Below are positions 19,445 through 29,296 of a DNA stretch of 64,000 bases, one piece after another. The stretch's first letter is position 1; each line of letters begins with the position of its first letter. Location: positions 3,185-67,184 of the IMG/VR virus record IMGVR_UViG_3300031673_016569; one strand, 5' to 3'. The DNA is from a virus. Below the pieces are notes generated by a model that saw only the letters and a list, made by a program, of their open reading frames with translations, was not told the DNA's origin and did no database searches. The position numbers and the translations under genes are program-made.

Positions 19445-20742
19445 TTGAGTCGTACCGGCTCGCGCGCGGCGGGCGGGGCATCCGTTTTGCTGTCCTTGCC
19501 GCGCGCACCCTCTTTCACCATCAGACGCCAGGCCGCGGAAGTGCCCGGCTTCTCCGTGGTCTTTTCCTGGCAGTGCCAGGCCGAGCCGCCCCAGGTCACC
19601 ACGTCGCCGCGCTCGAATTCGCCCTCGCGCCATACCTCGCGGTACAGAAGCGCGCTGGTCTTGATCTCCCGCACCAGCGTGCGCCCGCTCGTGTAGTGCG
19701 TGGTGCGGCGGATCGTGCGGCCATCGTCCAGCGTTTCCTCGGATTCGTGGTCAATGCCGTTCATGCTGACGACCCAACCGGCTTTTTCCAGGCCGGCGTC
19801 GGTGATCGGATCGGTGTTGCGGATCGCGCGAATGGTGCCGCCACGGTGTTCTGCGAAGGTGCCGCGCGGATAGTTTCTCGCTTCGTCGATCGCAGGCAGG
19901 ATGTCGATCGCGAGTGCGTCGCGCCCGGCGTCTCCATCCTTACCGTCGCGCCCGTCGCGACCGAAGGCGCCAGCGGCGCCGGGCTCACCGGGTTTCCCAT
20001 CCTTGCCCCGGAGCGCCTCAAGCCATTGGAGCTCCGTACCGGCGAAGCCCTTTTCGACCGCGAGCTCGTAGGCGCTTTTGCCGTTCGCGCCGTCGCGCCC
20101 AGGACTGCCGTCTCTGCCGGGCTCGCCATCGGCGCCCGCTTCGCCAGGATCGCCCTTTTCTCCACGCTCGCCCGCCTGGCCCGACTCACCCGGTGAGCCT
20201 GGCAGACCGCGCTCGCCGACCGCGCCGGGCTCGCCTTTTGCACCCGGTGGACCCTGCTCGCCCGCCGGACCTTGATCGCCCTTTGCGCCGACTTCGCCTG
20301 CCGGGCCTGCCTCACCCTGTGCGCCGGCCTCGCCGCGCTCGCCCTGCGGCCCCGGATCGCCCTTGACGGACTCACCGGGCGCACCGCTGTCGCCCTTTTC
20401 GCCGCGTTCGCCGACTGCGCCGGGCTCACCTCTTGCGCCCGGCTGGCCTTGTTCTCCCGGCTCACCCTTCGCACCACGCTCACCGGGCGTGCCAGGAACG
20501 CCTTTTTTCCCGCGCTCACCGGGCGTCCCGGGCTCGCCTTTTTCTCCGGCCTCGCCGCGCTCGCCCGGCGCGCCCTGGTCGCCAGGGTCGCCAGTGTCAC
20601 CCTTTGGCCCCGCAGGAATGGCGCCGAGCTTACGGTCGAACTCGTCAATCCGCGTGGACAGTGGAGATATGGCGCTAGCAACGTAACGCCTGACCGCCTT
20701 AATCATCTTTTTTGCGAGCAACTCGACGTCAGGCAGGTTCAA
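19441..20742 (-). CDS. Collagen-like head-associated fibre protein
   Basis: About 69 Gly-X-Y triplets in three blocks; C-terminal YR.VW..G.F.RGD.VTWGGS.W; TTG start overlaps the portal 3' end. Confidence 0.8.
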   Translation of the reverse strand: MNLPDVELLAKKMIKAVRRYVASAISPLSTRIDEFDRKLGAIPAGPKGDTGDPGDQGAPGERGEAGEKGEPGTPGERGKKGVPGTPGERGAKGEPGEQGQPGARGEPGAVGERGEKGDSGAPGESVKGDPGPQGERGEAGAQGEAGPAGEVGAKGDQGPAGEQGPPGAKGEPGAVGERGLPGSPGESGQAGERGEKGDPGEAGADGEPGRDGSPGRDGANGKSAYELAVEKGFAGTELQWLEALRGKDGKPGEPGAAGAFGRDGRDGKDGDAGRDALAIDILPAIDEARNYPRGTFAEHRGGTIRAIRNTDPITDAGLEKAGWVVSMNGIDHESEETLDDGRTIRRTTHYTSGRTLVREIKTSALLYREVWREGEFERGDVVTWGGSAWHCQEKTTEKPGTSAAWRLMVKEGARGKDSKTDAPPAAREPVRLK

Positions 20743-22129
20743 GTTCGAGCCCCTTGATGAATAGCTCGGCGAGCACGGCTGCGTCGATTGAGTCCGCTTT
20801 GTCGTTTGCCGCCGCCGGAACCGGCATGGGCGGCGCCCCCGGCGCGGGCGTCATTTCAGGCTTCGGCGCAGCACCGGCGAACGGATCGGCCTTCGCGTCG
20901 CGCTTGGCGAGGGCCGCGAGCGAGTAATTCTGCTGCTGCAGGTAGGGCGACTCGCCACCGGCAACCGGCTGCATGTTTTCCGCGGCGCGCGCTTCGTTCG
21001 GCGACATCCAGCCGCCGGTGATCGCCTTGCTCTTGGTGTCGTAGCGCGTCGCCGTGTCCATGCGCATGAGCCCGTCCAGGTCGAACTCGGTGTAATAGCC
21101 CCCTGGCAGGGACAGGCCTTCGTCGAGGCACGCCTCCACCGATTCAATGAGGGTCTGCAGGCAGTCGGAGTAGTAGGTCTGGTTGAGCGATTCGACGCTG
21201 ACGCGCACCGGTTCCGGCCCGCCGAGCTTGAATAGCGGAACGTGGAAACAGCGCGCGACGTCCTCGACCGTCCATTTCAATTGCTCGATCAACTGCGCTT
21301 CGCCCGCTGGGATCGTCATCGCCTCGTACTTGAGGCCGTCGCCGAGGACCGCGAGGCGCCCGAAGTTGGCACCGCCGTAATTCTCTTCCCAGGCCTTTTT
21401 GATGCGTCCCGCGGTCTCGTCGCTGATCGTGCCGGGCGCCGAGAGCGCCCCGGACGGACGGCTCATGTTGTCGAAGAACTTGGTGCTGTTGCCCTGGATG
21501 CGGTTGCCCATGGTCGCGGACATGCCGCAGGCGTAGATCGGCGAGACGCCGACGAGCGGGTGCCACAGGCAGACCATGCGGTCGTGGATGATTTCGGATG
21601 CGGGCACCGTGATCGCCTCACCGAGCTGCGACAGGTGATCCACGGCGAGCTTGTAATAGACGCTGCCGTCGTCGGCCACGAGCGGGGTGACGCGCTGCGC
21701 GTCCAGAATATAGAGGGTGTTGACGATGCCGCGCGCGTCGCGCTGCTTGAGCGCGAAGGTGTTGCCATAGAGCAGCTTCGACACCACCCACTGCTCCATG
21801 AACTTGATGCGGGTCTGGTAGCGGTTCGGCTTCGAGAGCACCGGCAGAAAGGGCGAAGCGGTCTTAACCTCAGTCGCGATGCCCTTGTCGTCCTGATCGA
21901 CGAGCTTGATTCTGAGTTTCCCGATGTCGGCCGCGATGATGGTGACGCAGGCGAACACCGCCGAAAAGGCCAGCACTTCGCGCGGCGCATCGACTTCGAT
22001 ATTGCGCTGCCAGGCGCCGGCGAAGGACTCCCGGATCAAGCCGAACCAGCCGCCGGTCGAATTGACAGCGGAGAGGGTCTGCGCCTTGACGCGCTGCGCG
22101 CGTGCAATGTCGAAGCCGAAGATGCGCAT
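20729..22129 (-). CDS. HK97-family portal protein
   Basis: V.AC...IA.DI.KL, L.KPN, LL.GN, IIH.R...L.G.SPI, VARCFHVP, W.SPNEAR..EN..P..GG. Confidence 0.95.
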   Translation of the reverse strand: MRIFGFDIARAQRVKAQTLSAVNSTGGWFGLIRESFAGAWQRNIEVDAPREVLAFSAVFACVTIIAADIGKLRIKLVDQDDKGIATEVKTASPFLPVLSKPNRYQTRIKFMEQWVVSKLLYGNTFALKQRDARGIVNTLYILDAQRVTPLVADDGSVYYKLAVDHLSQLGEAITVPASEIIHDRMVCLWHPLVGVSPIYACGMSATMGNRIQGNSTKFFDNMSRPSGALSAPGTISDETAGRIKKAWEENYGGANFGRLAVLGDGLKYEAMTIPAGEAQLIEQLKWTVEDVARCFHVPLFKLGGPEPVRVSVESLNQTYYSDCLQTLIESVEACLDEGLSLPGGYYTEFDLDGLMRMDTATRYDTKSKAITGGWMSPNEARAAENMQPVAGGESPYLQQQNYSLAALAKRDAKADPFAGAAPKPEMTPAPGAPPMPVPAAANDKADSIDAAVLAELFIKGLELEPA

Positions 22130-22130
22130 A

Positions 22131-22364
22131 TCAGGCAGCCTTGTGCCTGGTGCTGTATTTGCGTTTTTGCGCGATCACAGCCGCGACGGGTGGGGCCGAA
22201 GCGTCCATGTGGCGCGTTTCGTACTGCCCGCCGGGCTTGGCCAGCTCGGCTCGGCCGAGCAGCTCCAGGGCGCTGACATATTCGTCGTGGGCCTCGAACG
22301 CCTCGCCTGCCGCGATGGAGCGGCCGTCGTAGACGTGGGCGACTTTGGAGATCATGGTTTTCAT
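22131..22364 (-). CDS. Small head-module protein
   Basis: 77-aa ORF with AAGGA RBS between capsid and portal genes; G..F and Y.TR.M motifs. Confidence 0.65.
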   Translation of the reverse strand: MKTMISKVAHVYDGRSIAAGEAFEAHDEYVSALELLGRAELAKPGGQYETRHMDASAPPVAAVIAQKRKYSTRHKAA

Positions 22365-22382
22365 GGAAAGTCCTTGAAGAAT

Positions 22383-22408
22383 CGGGCGCGCCTTCGCAGG
22401 CGCGCCCG
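22383..22408. other. Perfect 11-bp stem-loop after the capsid gene
   Basis: CGGGCGCGCCT-TCGC-AGGCGCGCCCG, 8 nt beyond the capsid stop; no U-tract. Confidence 0.6.
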
Positions 22409-22416
22409 CCGAGCTA

Positions 22417-24390
22417 TTACGTGCCGGAGACGTATGCAGCGCCCGAAATAAACTGCGCTGCCAGTGCACGTTTCTTCGCCCAGTTGATGAACCGAACGGC
22501 CTTGATCGCGAGGCTGTTGGTCTGGAACATGCTCACCACCGTCGTCGGCACGGTACTGTCCGTCGATTGGTTCGTCGGGTTGTCGAGCATCTGGATCGAC
22601 GCCTCCGAGCTGGTGCTGATCGTCACCTCGCCGTCATCTGCGAGCAGAATCTCCGGCGCGTTGATCAACGCGATAATGGACCCGGCCACCGGGCTGCCGA
22701 CCACCTTGGCCGACATCGAGGTAACCACCGGCAGCCCAAACAGCGAGCCACCGAGCATGTTGATTTCCGGGTACAGAGGCTGGCCCAACGGGTTCAGCAT
22801 CATCGAGAGCGCGAGCGCCTGCGTCGGCGGCATCACCCACACGCCCTGGCTCGGATCCAGATTGATAGCCAGCCAGTTGTCGATCAGCGTCTGCACGTCG
22901 ACGCGCAAATCCGCCGACGTGGTGCCGCTCGCCGGGACCGCGGTGACGCCGTTGAGGATGGACGCCGGCGACACATTGGCGACCGCTGCGATATCCGGGT
23001 TGATGAACTGCTGGTCCAGGAACTGCGCGATGGACTTCGCGAGATCGTTCCGAACCAGCATTTCCGCCGACGGCGAGGAGCTGCGCACCAGCTCGTCGTC
23101 GATCGCCACCAGGCCGGCCGCTTTCGCGATGCCGAGCGTGATCGCCGTGGTGCCCAACTTGCTCATCGGAACCGGCTGGCCCTGCCCGACCCAATACGCC
23201 GAAGAAGGCGCGTTCTGGCCGGCGATGCGGACGTTGAACGGGACTTTCGTCAGGTTCGGTATCTTGCCGATGATCGTCTGCGGACGCAGAAACTCGATGA
23301 ACTCGGTTACGAGGTTCTGCGCGTACACCAGCTCCGAGGCCCAGGTCGCGGTGGTCGTGTCGCCAGTGGCCACAGCGGCCTTGAACACCTGCGCGAGCTC
23401 GGGCGAGCTATCCATCCACGCCTTGTTGTTCTGAACGAGAGAAAGCGCATCGTTCAGGTTGCCCTTGGCGCGTAGCAGCGCCATCGCGTAGCGCGCCATC
23501 TTGATGCCTGGCTCGAGGCGCGGCGGCTTCACGCTGATGATGCCGGTGGTGCCGCGCAGCTTTGCCGCAGCGTCCGGGCCCTCCGACTTGGCGGGGATGA
23601 CCTCAACGGCGCTCGCGATCATCTGCTTCTCGTGCTCTTTCAGGCGCACCAGGTGATCGTCGACCGCCTTGACCTCGGCCTTGACGGTGTCGTATTCCTC
23701 GGTTTCGGCTTCGTTCAGCGTGCGGCCCTCATCGGCCGCCTTGGACATGATTTCGTCCATGCGCGCCTTGCTCGCCGCGCGCTTCGCCTCGAAGGAGGCG
23801 ATTTGTTCTGCTATCGTTTTCATGGAGGTTCCTTTCGGGAAGTTGGACTGCGTTCCCGAAGCGCCGGGAGTGGATTTCAAGCGCACGACCGGGCGCTGCC
23901 GATCGCCTGACGCGGCGAGCAGGGCTTCATCTGCGGACTTGATGGTGGTAATGCTTGCGTCCACGTTCGCGGGGATCGTGACGCAGGAGAGCTCAAGCCA
24001 CTCCCATTTGAGGAAGTGTTCGGCCCAGGTGTCCTTGATCTGCGAGGATTCAATCGGGTTGAACCCGATCGACATCCCCTTGACGAGCTTGTACTTGATC
24101 GACTGCCAGGCATCGTCGATCCGGTCTTTCAGCGTGCCGGGCTCGGGGATTTTGGCAAACTGCGCCTGGAAGGTGATGCCCTCAGGCGTGGCCTTGGCCG
24201 CGACGACTTCGCCGACCGGCTCGCGCGAGTTGTGTTGCCAGAGCAGGGGGATCGGCAAGGTGAACTGCGCGCCCTCGGGCTCGACGATGTCGCCCATGCG
24301 ATCCGTGCTCGGCGTGGTCGCGACGCCCTCGATGATGCGTTGCTCCTCGTCGACGCTCTTGACGGTAAAAAGGCTGTAGGCTCGCTTCAT
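22417..24390 (-). CDS. Fused HK97 prohead protease and major capsid protein
   Basis: Protease: G.ATTP..DR.GDIV, LLWQH, G.SIGF, ELS.V.IPAN. Then a coiled-coil linker and capsid motifs FIEFLRP.TI, A.WVG.G, L.GLPV, S.FQ.N..A. Confidence 0.93.
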   Translation of the reverse strand: MKRAYSLFTVKSVDEEQRIIEGVATTPSTDRMGDIVEPEGAQFTLPIPLLWQHNSREPVGEVVAAKATPEGITFQAQFAKIPEPGTLKDRIDDAWQSIKYKLVKGMSIGFNPIESSQIKDTWAEHFLKWEWLELSCVTIPANVDASITTIKSADEALLAASGDRQRPVVRLKSTPGASGTQSNFPKGTSMKTIAEQIASFEAKRAASKARMDEIMSKAADEGRTLNEAETEEYDTVKAEVKAVDDHLVRLKEHEKQMIASAVEVIPAKSEGPDAAAKLRGTTGIISVKPPRLEPGIKMARYAMALLRAKGNLNDALSLVQNNKAWMDSSPELAQVFKAAVATGDTTTATWASELVYAQNLVTEFIEFLRPQTIIGKIPNLTKVPFNVRIAGQNAPSSAYWVGQGQPVPMSKLGTTAITLGIAKAAGLVAIDDELVRSSSPSAEMLVRNDLAKSIAQFLDQQFINPDIAAVANVSPASILNGVTAVPASGTTSADLRVDVQTLIDNWLAINLDPSQGVWVMPPTQALALSMMLNPLGQPLYPEINMLGGSLFGLPVVTSMSAKVVGSPVAGSIIALINAPEILLADDGEVTISTSSEASIQMLDNPTNQSTDSTVPTTVVSMFQTNSLAIKAVRFINWAKKRALAAQFISGAAYVSGT

Positions 24391-24408
24391 GGTGCTGGCT
24401 CCAGAAAT

Positions 24409-24429
24409 AAAAAAACCGCCCTGAGGCGG
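24409..24429 (-). terminator. Terminator-like hairpin after terL
   Basis: Minus strand CCGCC-TCAG-GGCGG followed by T7. Confidence 0.5.
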
Positions 24430-24469
24430 CCGTGATGACTTGCGCTGCTACGCACCGAAAACGCGCGCC

Positions 24470-26200
24470 CTACACGAAGAACAGTTGAAACTTTTTCTCG
24501 GGCTCGGCCGCGACGCCCATCACGCCGACCGCCATGAAGAGCGCGCACGCGTCGTCGATCTTGTCGGCACTGCGCTTTTTGTCGGGCGCCATGTTCATGT
24601 TCTCGTCGCGCCGCGGCACTACATTGGAGGCGCACCAGTTCAGGACCGCATCGCCGCCGTGGCGCAGGTCCCCGCGCAGGTACAGGCGCTCGGTTTCCTG
24701 CATCGCCGGGTGGTAGGACTTCGGTCCCTGCCTGAATTCCTGCAGCGGCAGCTCGGCCGCCTTCAGCCGGTTCACCAGGTCGCGGATGTTCCAGGGGTCG
24801 TAGGCGATGACCTTCGGCGCGAACCGGTGCGCAATTTCCACGATGTCCTGCTCGATCCGGGCGTAGTCGAGGACGGTTCCGGGGAGTTGACGGATGAGCC
24901 CCGCCGCGACCCACCCGGCGTAGGGCACCGTGCCGCGCTCGGTGCGCTGGGCGATGGCGCCCTCGGGCACCCAGCGCCGGCCCCAGGTGTAGACGATGCC
25001 ATCGACGCGCCACACCAAGCGGAAAGCCATGATGTCGGTCGTGGCCGCGCCGTCGATGCCCGCCCAACATTCCTTACCTTGAAGAAAATCCAGGTCGACC
25101 GGGCCGCTGCAGCGCTTCCAGCGCTCGATGTTGAGCCAGGTATTGGCCGCCGCGGCCTGCCGGTTCAGCCGCTTGATCTTGAATTCGGCGTGCCGGCCCG
25201 GCATCTGCTTCGCGTCCGCCGCAGCCTTCTTGATCTCCCGGTCCAGGATCGGGTTGACGTCCATCAGCGGATTCGCCTTCTGCCACTTCGACGCATCGAA
25301 ATCCTCGTCCGCCGGCCGATACCCGGGTTGCCCAGGCTCGCCGATCTGCTCGTCCAGCGCGAAGATCAGCGCAAAAAAGTGGTCGGCCTCAAGAATGCCG
25401 TTCAGGACCTGATGCGCGTAGTGCCGCATCTCGGGCCACGGCCCCGGCGTCTCGTAGCCTTCGGTCGTGGTGTAGAGCCACAGGGCATTGAGCCTCGCGC
25501 CCGCGGCCGACTGCAGCACGTTCAAGAGGTCGTGCGTCTTGTGCGCGTGGATCTCATCGAGCGCCACATGCGACGGGTTCAGCCCGTCCTGCGTCGAGGC
25601 ATGGGCGTTGATCGGCTTGAAGTTGCCGCCGACCTGCCAGTTCACGATGGCGCTCGCGAACACCTCCAGGTTGAACGCCTCGCGCAGGTCCTGCGTCTGC
25701 TCGACCATGCGCCGCGCGATGTTGAAGATGATGCGCGCCTGATCGCCCGTGGTTGCTGCGGTGATGACCTGCGGCCCGGGTTCCGGTTCGTAGCACAGGC
25801 AATAGAGCAGGACCGCCGCGGCGAGAGTCGATTTGGCGTTCTTGCGCGCCACCGCAAAGAGCGCACTCGTGAACCGTCGCGTGCCGTCGAGCGACCGAAA
25901 GCCAAACAGGTTGACCAGGAAAAACACGTGCGCCGGGTGCAGCACGATGGTCGGCGTTGCCCACTTGCCCTCGACGTGAGGGAGCTGCTCGATGAACTTG
26001 CAGACTTCGCGTGCGTGCGTGGGCGAGAACTTGAACGGGCCGCCTTTTTCCGCCGCGCGCTTGCGATCCTTGAGGTAGCGCGAAGCCGCGAGGCGTATCC
26101 ATTTGCAGTGTGCCTCGCCCCCTACATCGGCGATCGCCGCGCGCGCGAAGGCATTGGCAACCGCGACAAAATCACGCTCGGCGCCTCGTTTTGCCCCCAT
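24470..26200 (-). CDS. terL: Terminase large subunit
   Basis: Walker A VARKNAKST, Walker B VALDEIH, W.KANP, I.YDPW, KIDD..A. Confidence 0.96.
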   Translation of the reverse strand: MGAKRGAERDFVAVANAFARAAIADVGGEAHCKWIRLAASRYLKDRKRAAEKGGPFKFSPTHAREVCKFIEQLPHVEGKWATPTIVLHPAHVFFLVNLFGFRSLDGTRRFTSALFAVARKNAKSTLAAAVLLYCLCYEPEPGPQVITAATTGDQARIIFNIARRMVEQTQDLREAFNLEVFASAIVNWQVGGNFKPINAHASTQDGLNPSHVALDEIHAHKTHDLLNVLQSAAGARLNALWLYTTTEGYETPGPWPEMRHYAHQVLNGILEADHFFALIFALDEQIGEPGQPGYRPADEDFDASKWQKANPLMDVNPILDREIKKAAADAKQMPGRHAEFKIKRLNRQAAAANTWLNIERWKRCSGPVDLDFLQGKECWAGIDGAATTDIMAFRLVWRVDGIVYTWGRRWVPEGAIAQRTERGTVPYAGWVAAGLIRQLPGTVLDYARIEQDIVEIAHRFAPKVIAYDPWNIRDLVNRLKAAELPLQEFRQGPKSYHPAMQETERLYLRGDLRHGGDAVLNWCASNVVPRRDENMNMAPDKKRSADKIDDACALFMAVGVMGVAAEPEKKFQLFFV

Positions 26201-26660
26201 CGATCAGATCCAGAAAACGATTCTTTTTGTTGCTCGGCGCACCGGTAGCGACGCGCGAGCGCGACGAAGGCGTCATGCCGAACTCGGTTTCGAGCTTGTG
26301 CATCTGCTCCATTGCCTTGTTCGCGATGGCCAGGTACGGGTTTTGAATCGGGAACCCGGACGGCGAGATCAGCACTTCGCCTTGCTTCGCAACGTAACTC
26401 TCGGCCACAGTCCAGCGCCCGTACGCCTGGCAATAGGCGGAGAAGGCGTTGATGTCGACCTCGCTGATCATCTTGTTGCGCAGCAGTATCGGAAACGTGC
26501 GCGCCCACTCGACGCGCGCCTCGCCGGAAAGATGCGCAGGCGGGTTCGGCGTTTCGTCAACGCCCTCGGGCTTAGGCTCCGACTCGTTCAGCGGTCGATG
26601 TCCGGGATGGCCGGCGAGCAGTTTGAGGTGCGTCGCCTTCGGTTTTCGACCTGGGCGCAT
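26172..26660 (-). CDS. terS: Terminase small subunit (P27 family)
   Basis: GRKP..T..K...G.PG.RPLN..EP, YC..Y, NP...I, EFG.TPSSR.R. Confidence 0.95.
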   Translation of the reverse strand: MRPGRKPKATHLKLLAGHPGHRPLNESEPKPEGVDETPNPPAHLSGEARVEWARTFPILLRNKMISEVDINAFSAYCQAYGRWTVAESYVAKQGEVLISPSGFPIQNPYLAIANKAMEQMHKLETEFGMTPSSRSRVATGAPSNKKNRFLDLIDGGKTRRRA

Positions 26661-27270
26661 GGGTGCCTAAAAATAGTTGAAAAAAGGTCCTCTTTTGATG
26701 CCAAAAAGCCGGATGGGCGTATTCATGACGTAATCGACGCGTACGCGCTTTTTGAGCTTTTCCTTACTAACCTACCGCCCCACCTGCGAAAAAAAGATCA
26801 TTAAACCAAACGCTTAGAAGTGCCTTTTTTGCCATGGCGCCGGAGAGAAACATGCCACTTGTGCTACTTAGAACCAGGCACGTTTGTCTCCGCGTGCTCG
26901 CCGGAGAGCTTCATGCCAACTCAGTGCGCTGAAGCCGCGCTCGCTCCTGGCACGATCCTCTCCGTGCGCTCGGTGGGAAAATTCCCGGGTACGATACCCT
27001 GAGCAACCAGGAGCTCTCAGTGCCCTGGCCGGGGAGCCATCTAGGTGCAAATCTGCGCACCGCTAGAGCACTCCTATTCGTTTCCTACTGCGTCTGCAGG
27101 TCGAAGCTGAGGCGGCCCATACCCTTCGGTCTATAGACAAGGCTAAGGCGTTGTCCTAGGCTGCGTATCCGTAGGCCCTCGTGTTACTGCAACGGGGGCT
27201 GCCACTTACCCCGATTACTCTGGCGCGATGCACAGCATCTGAAATAATGACTATCGCCATAGTGCGAAAG

Positions 27271-28059
27271 ATGAAATTGGATCTCGCCACATTTGACGGA
27301 CGACTCCTGGACGGCCTTAAATTTTGCCAGAGGGTTTACGCGCTGTTCGACCAGACAAGGGCTGGAGCCGATGGCATTGCGAATCTTCGGCTGCGGCCGA
27401 CGAAGCTGGAGAAGCGCTTAATCGAAGAGCTTATCCCCTTGGCTCGCTACGTGCAGGCGCGCTACCGCGAAGGCCGTCGTATCAAAGTGCGCTGGTTCAG
27501 TGGGTCACAGCCATACGACGCCATCCTGTTATTTTCCGGCGCATTCGTTGAGAAAGGCTACGCGCCGAGAAAAATCTTCGCTGAAGTTACAACGTCCGTT
27601 CACCCAAGCGAATACCTCGTACGTGAGCAGCTGCACGAGCAGGGCCACTCCTTCGGTGTTAAGCGTATATCGCGGGACAGAAAGACCCGCGCTATTGTTT
27701 CGACACCATACGTCAATACCAATGATGAGAGCCAAGCCGACCTGGCGGCTCGGATAATCGATCGGATTAAGAACAAGAGCAAGAAAGGCTATACGCCAGA
27801 CACCGTGCTGATTGTCTATTGCGTGCTGGACGGCGTAACCCTTGAGGATGAATGGGACGAAGCCATCAAGCGCGTGACCCAAGCCGATACGCGCCATGCG
27901 TTTAAGGAAGTGTTTCTAATCGACACAAGTTCAAATTCCTTTTCGGCCACGCTGTACGGCGATCCGAAGCGTGTACCAAAGAAAGACTTGCCCGAAACAG
28001 ACGAGTCGCGCGTTACGCCCCCGGGCGTGGCCAACCCAGCGCATAAAGCTGGTCCTTGA
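27271..28059 (+). CDS. Hypothetical protein, possible PD-(D/E)xK-like fold
   Basis: L.EE..P, G.QPYDA, EVT motifs; antisense to the late operon; start uncertain. Confidence 0.55.
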   Translation: MKLDLATFDGRLLDGLKFCQRVYALFDQTRAGADGIANLRLRPTKLEKRLIEELIPLARYVQARYREGRRIKVRWFSGSQPYDAILLFSGAFVEKGYAPRKIFAEVTTSVHPSEYLVREQLHEQGHSFGVKRISRDRKTRAIVSTPYVNTNDESQADLAARIIDRIKNKSKKGYTPDTVLIVYCVLDGVTLEDEWDEAIKRVTQADTRHAFKEVFLIDTSSNSFSATLYGDPKRVPKKDLPETDESRVTPPGVANPAHKAGP

Positions 28060-29296
28060 TCGACATGATGTCGAAGCCTTCTTTCCCCGCGTCCTTGACG
28101 ATCTGTGCGGCCCACAGTTTTACGTCGGTTCGCTCCGCGTCACCTATCATGTCGCAAAACGCGGCAACCGTAGCGGCGTCCTCGCTCAGCAAGGCCGGAA
28201 CTAGTTCCTCTTTCGGTATGCACGCATCGTCTCTCAGCAACTGATTGCCGAAATCCCCGCGAAAAATTTCATCGTGTTCTCTGGCGGCCGCCTCGGCCAC
28301 CTCGTACAGACGTAACGCTTCAGCGTTGCCTTTGTTGCACGCTCGCCAGACATCCGCCATGTTGCTGCGGGTGCTGTTCAGCATTTCCATGATTTGGGTT
28401 GTGTCTCCGCCAATTTGCCGCGCGCGGCCCTTGAGCGCGTCAATGCGCTGGCGAATATCGTCCAGAAAATCACTCCAGTTGCGCGGGAGATTTTCTGGCA
28501 GCTCGATGGCTTTGACCTGTTCGCGCAGTTCGTAGAATTCGGCATCATCCTTACGCCTGGCGTCGAGCACGTCCGCCGTGGTGAGTACGCGGCGCGCGGC
28601 CGGGAACAGAAAGCTATTGTGACGGCGCTGCAGGTGTCTCTCGTGCGCGCCTGGTTTTTCCCGCCATGACCACTGCGGAAATTGGGTCACGTCGAAGCCC
28701 GTTATGGCATCGACCATAGGCGTGAAGAATTCTCTGGCCGCAACTTTACCGTGGACGAGGCATTCGGTGAGCGCCCAGTCGTCCTTACCGAACCCCGGAT
28801 CACCCTCCGAATTGTAGAAGGGACTATCCGGCATCCGCATTAGCAAGTGCAGTGCCATGAAATATTCCGGCGGCACCGCCACGTCGCCCTCGGGTGTCGG
28901 TATCGTTTTTTTACCGGCTTTTTCTGCGGTGTTGACCGCGTCGTCGATGAGCCGTAGCAGAAATCTAGTCATGCGGCCGATGTCATTTTCCTTGTCGTCG
29001 CTTAATTGGGTGAGAAGCTGCAAGAAGCCGTCCTTGGCAATTTCCGCCTCCGGTACTCCGATGCGGCCATCCAGCAGCCAGAAGTACAAACGGGTCTGCA
29101 GTGCCCGGACGGAAATCTGAACCGTGCTTTCCAAAGCCGGACTAACATCAACGTGCGGGCTTTTCCATTCGCGGAATGGCAGGCTGTCTGCCATGGAGTA
29201 GAAGCCCACCAGGTACTTGACCGACTGATAGGCGTCCGTGGGCCAGGCCGGCGGTTCCGGTTTCTTTGGCGTTTTCTCCCAGAAATTCCACTTCAT
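28013..29296 (-). CDS. Hypothetical helical protein (427 aa)
   Basis: Long ORF with ATG start; no family recognised. Confidence 0.65.
   Translation of the reverse strand: MKWNFWEKTPKKPEPPAWPTDAYQSVKYLVGFYSMADSLPFREWKSPHVDVSPALESTVQISVRALQTRLYFWLLDGRIGVPEAEIAKDGFLQLLTQLSDDKENDIGRMTRFLLRLIDDAVNTAEKAGKKTIPTPEGDVAVPPEYFMALHLLMRMPDSPFYNSEGDPGFGKDDWALTECLVHGKVAAREFFTPMVDAITGFDVTQFPQWSWREKPGAHERHLQRRHNSFLFPAARRVLTTADVLDARRKDDAEFYELREQVKAIELPENLPRNWSDFLDDIRQRIDALKGRARQIGGDTTQIMEMLNSTRSNMADVWRACNKGNAEALRLYEVAEAAAREHDEIFRGDFGNQLLRDDACIPKEELVPALLSEDAATVAAFCDMIGDAERTDVKLWAAQIVKDAGKEGFDIMSIKDQLYALGWPRPGA

Noticed and set aside
19900-20620. Repeat array or CRISPR
   Set aside because: The periodicity comes from Gly-X-Y codons; there are no repeat-spacer units or cas genes.
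24440-26248. 602-aa plus-strand ORF and similar long antisense ORFs (e.g. 6772-7800, 21242-22276, 29527-30447)
   Set aside because: Shadow frames of well-supported genes in high-GC DNA, with no family motifs.
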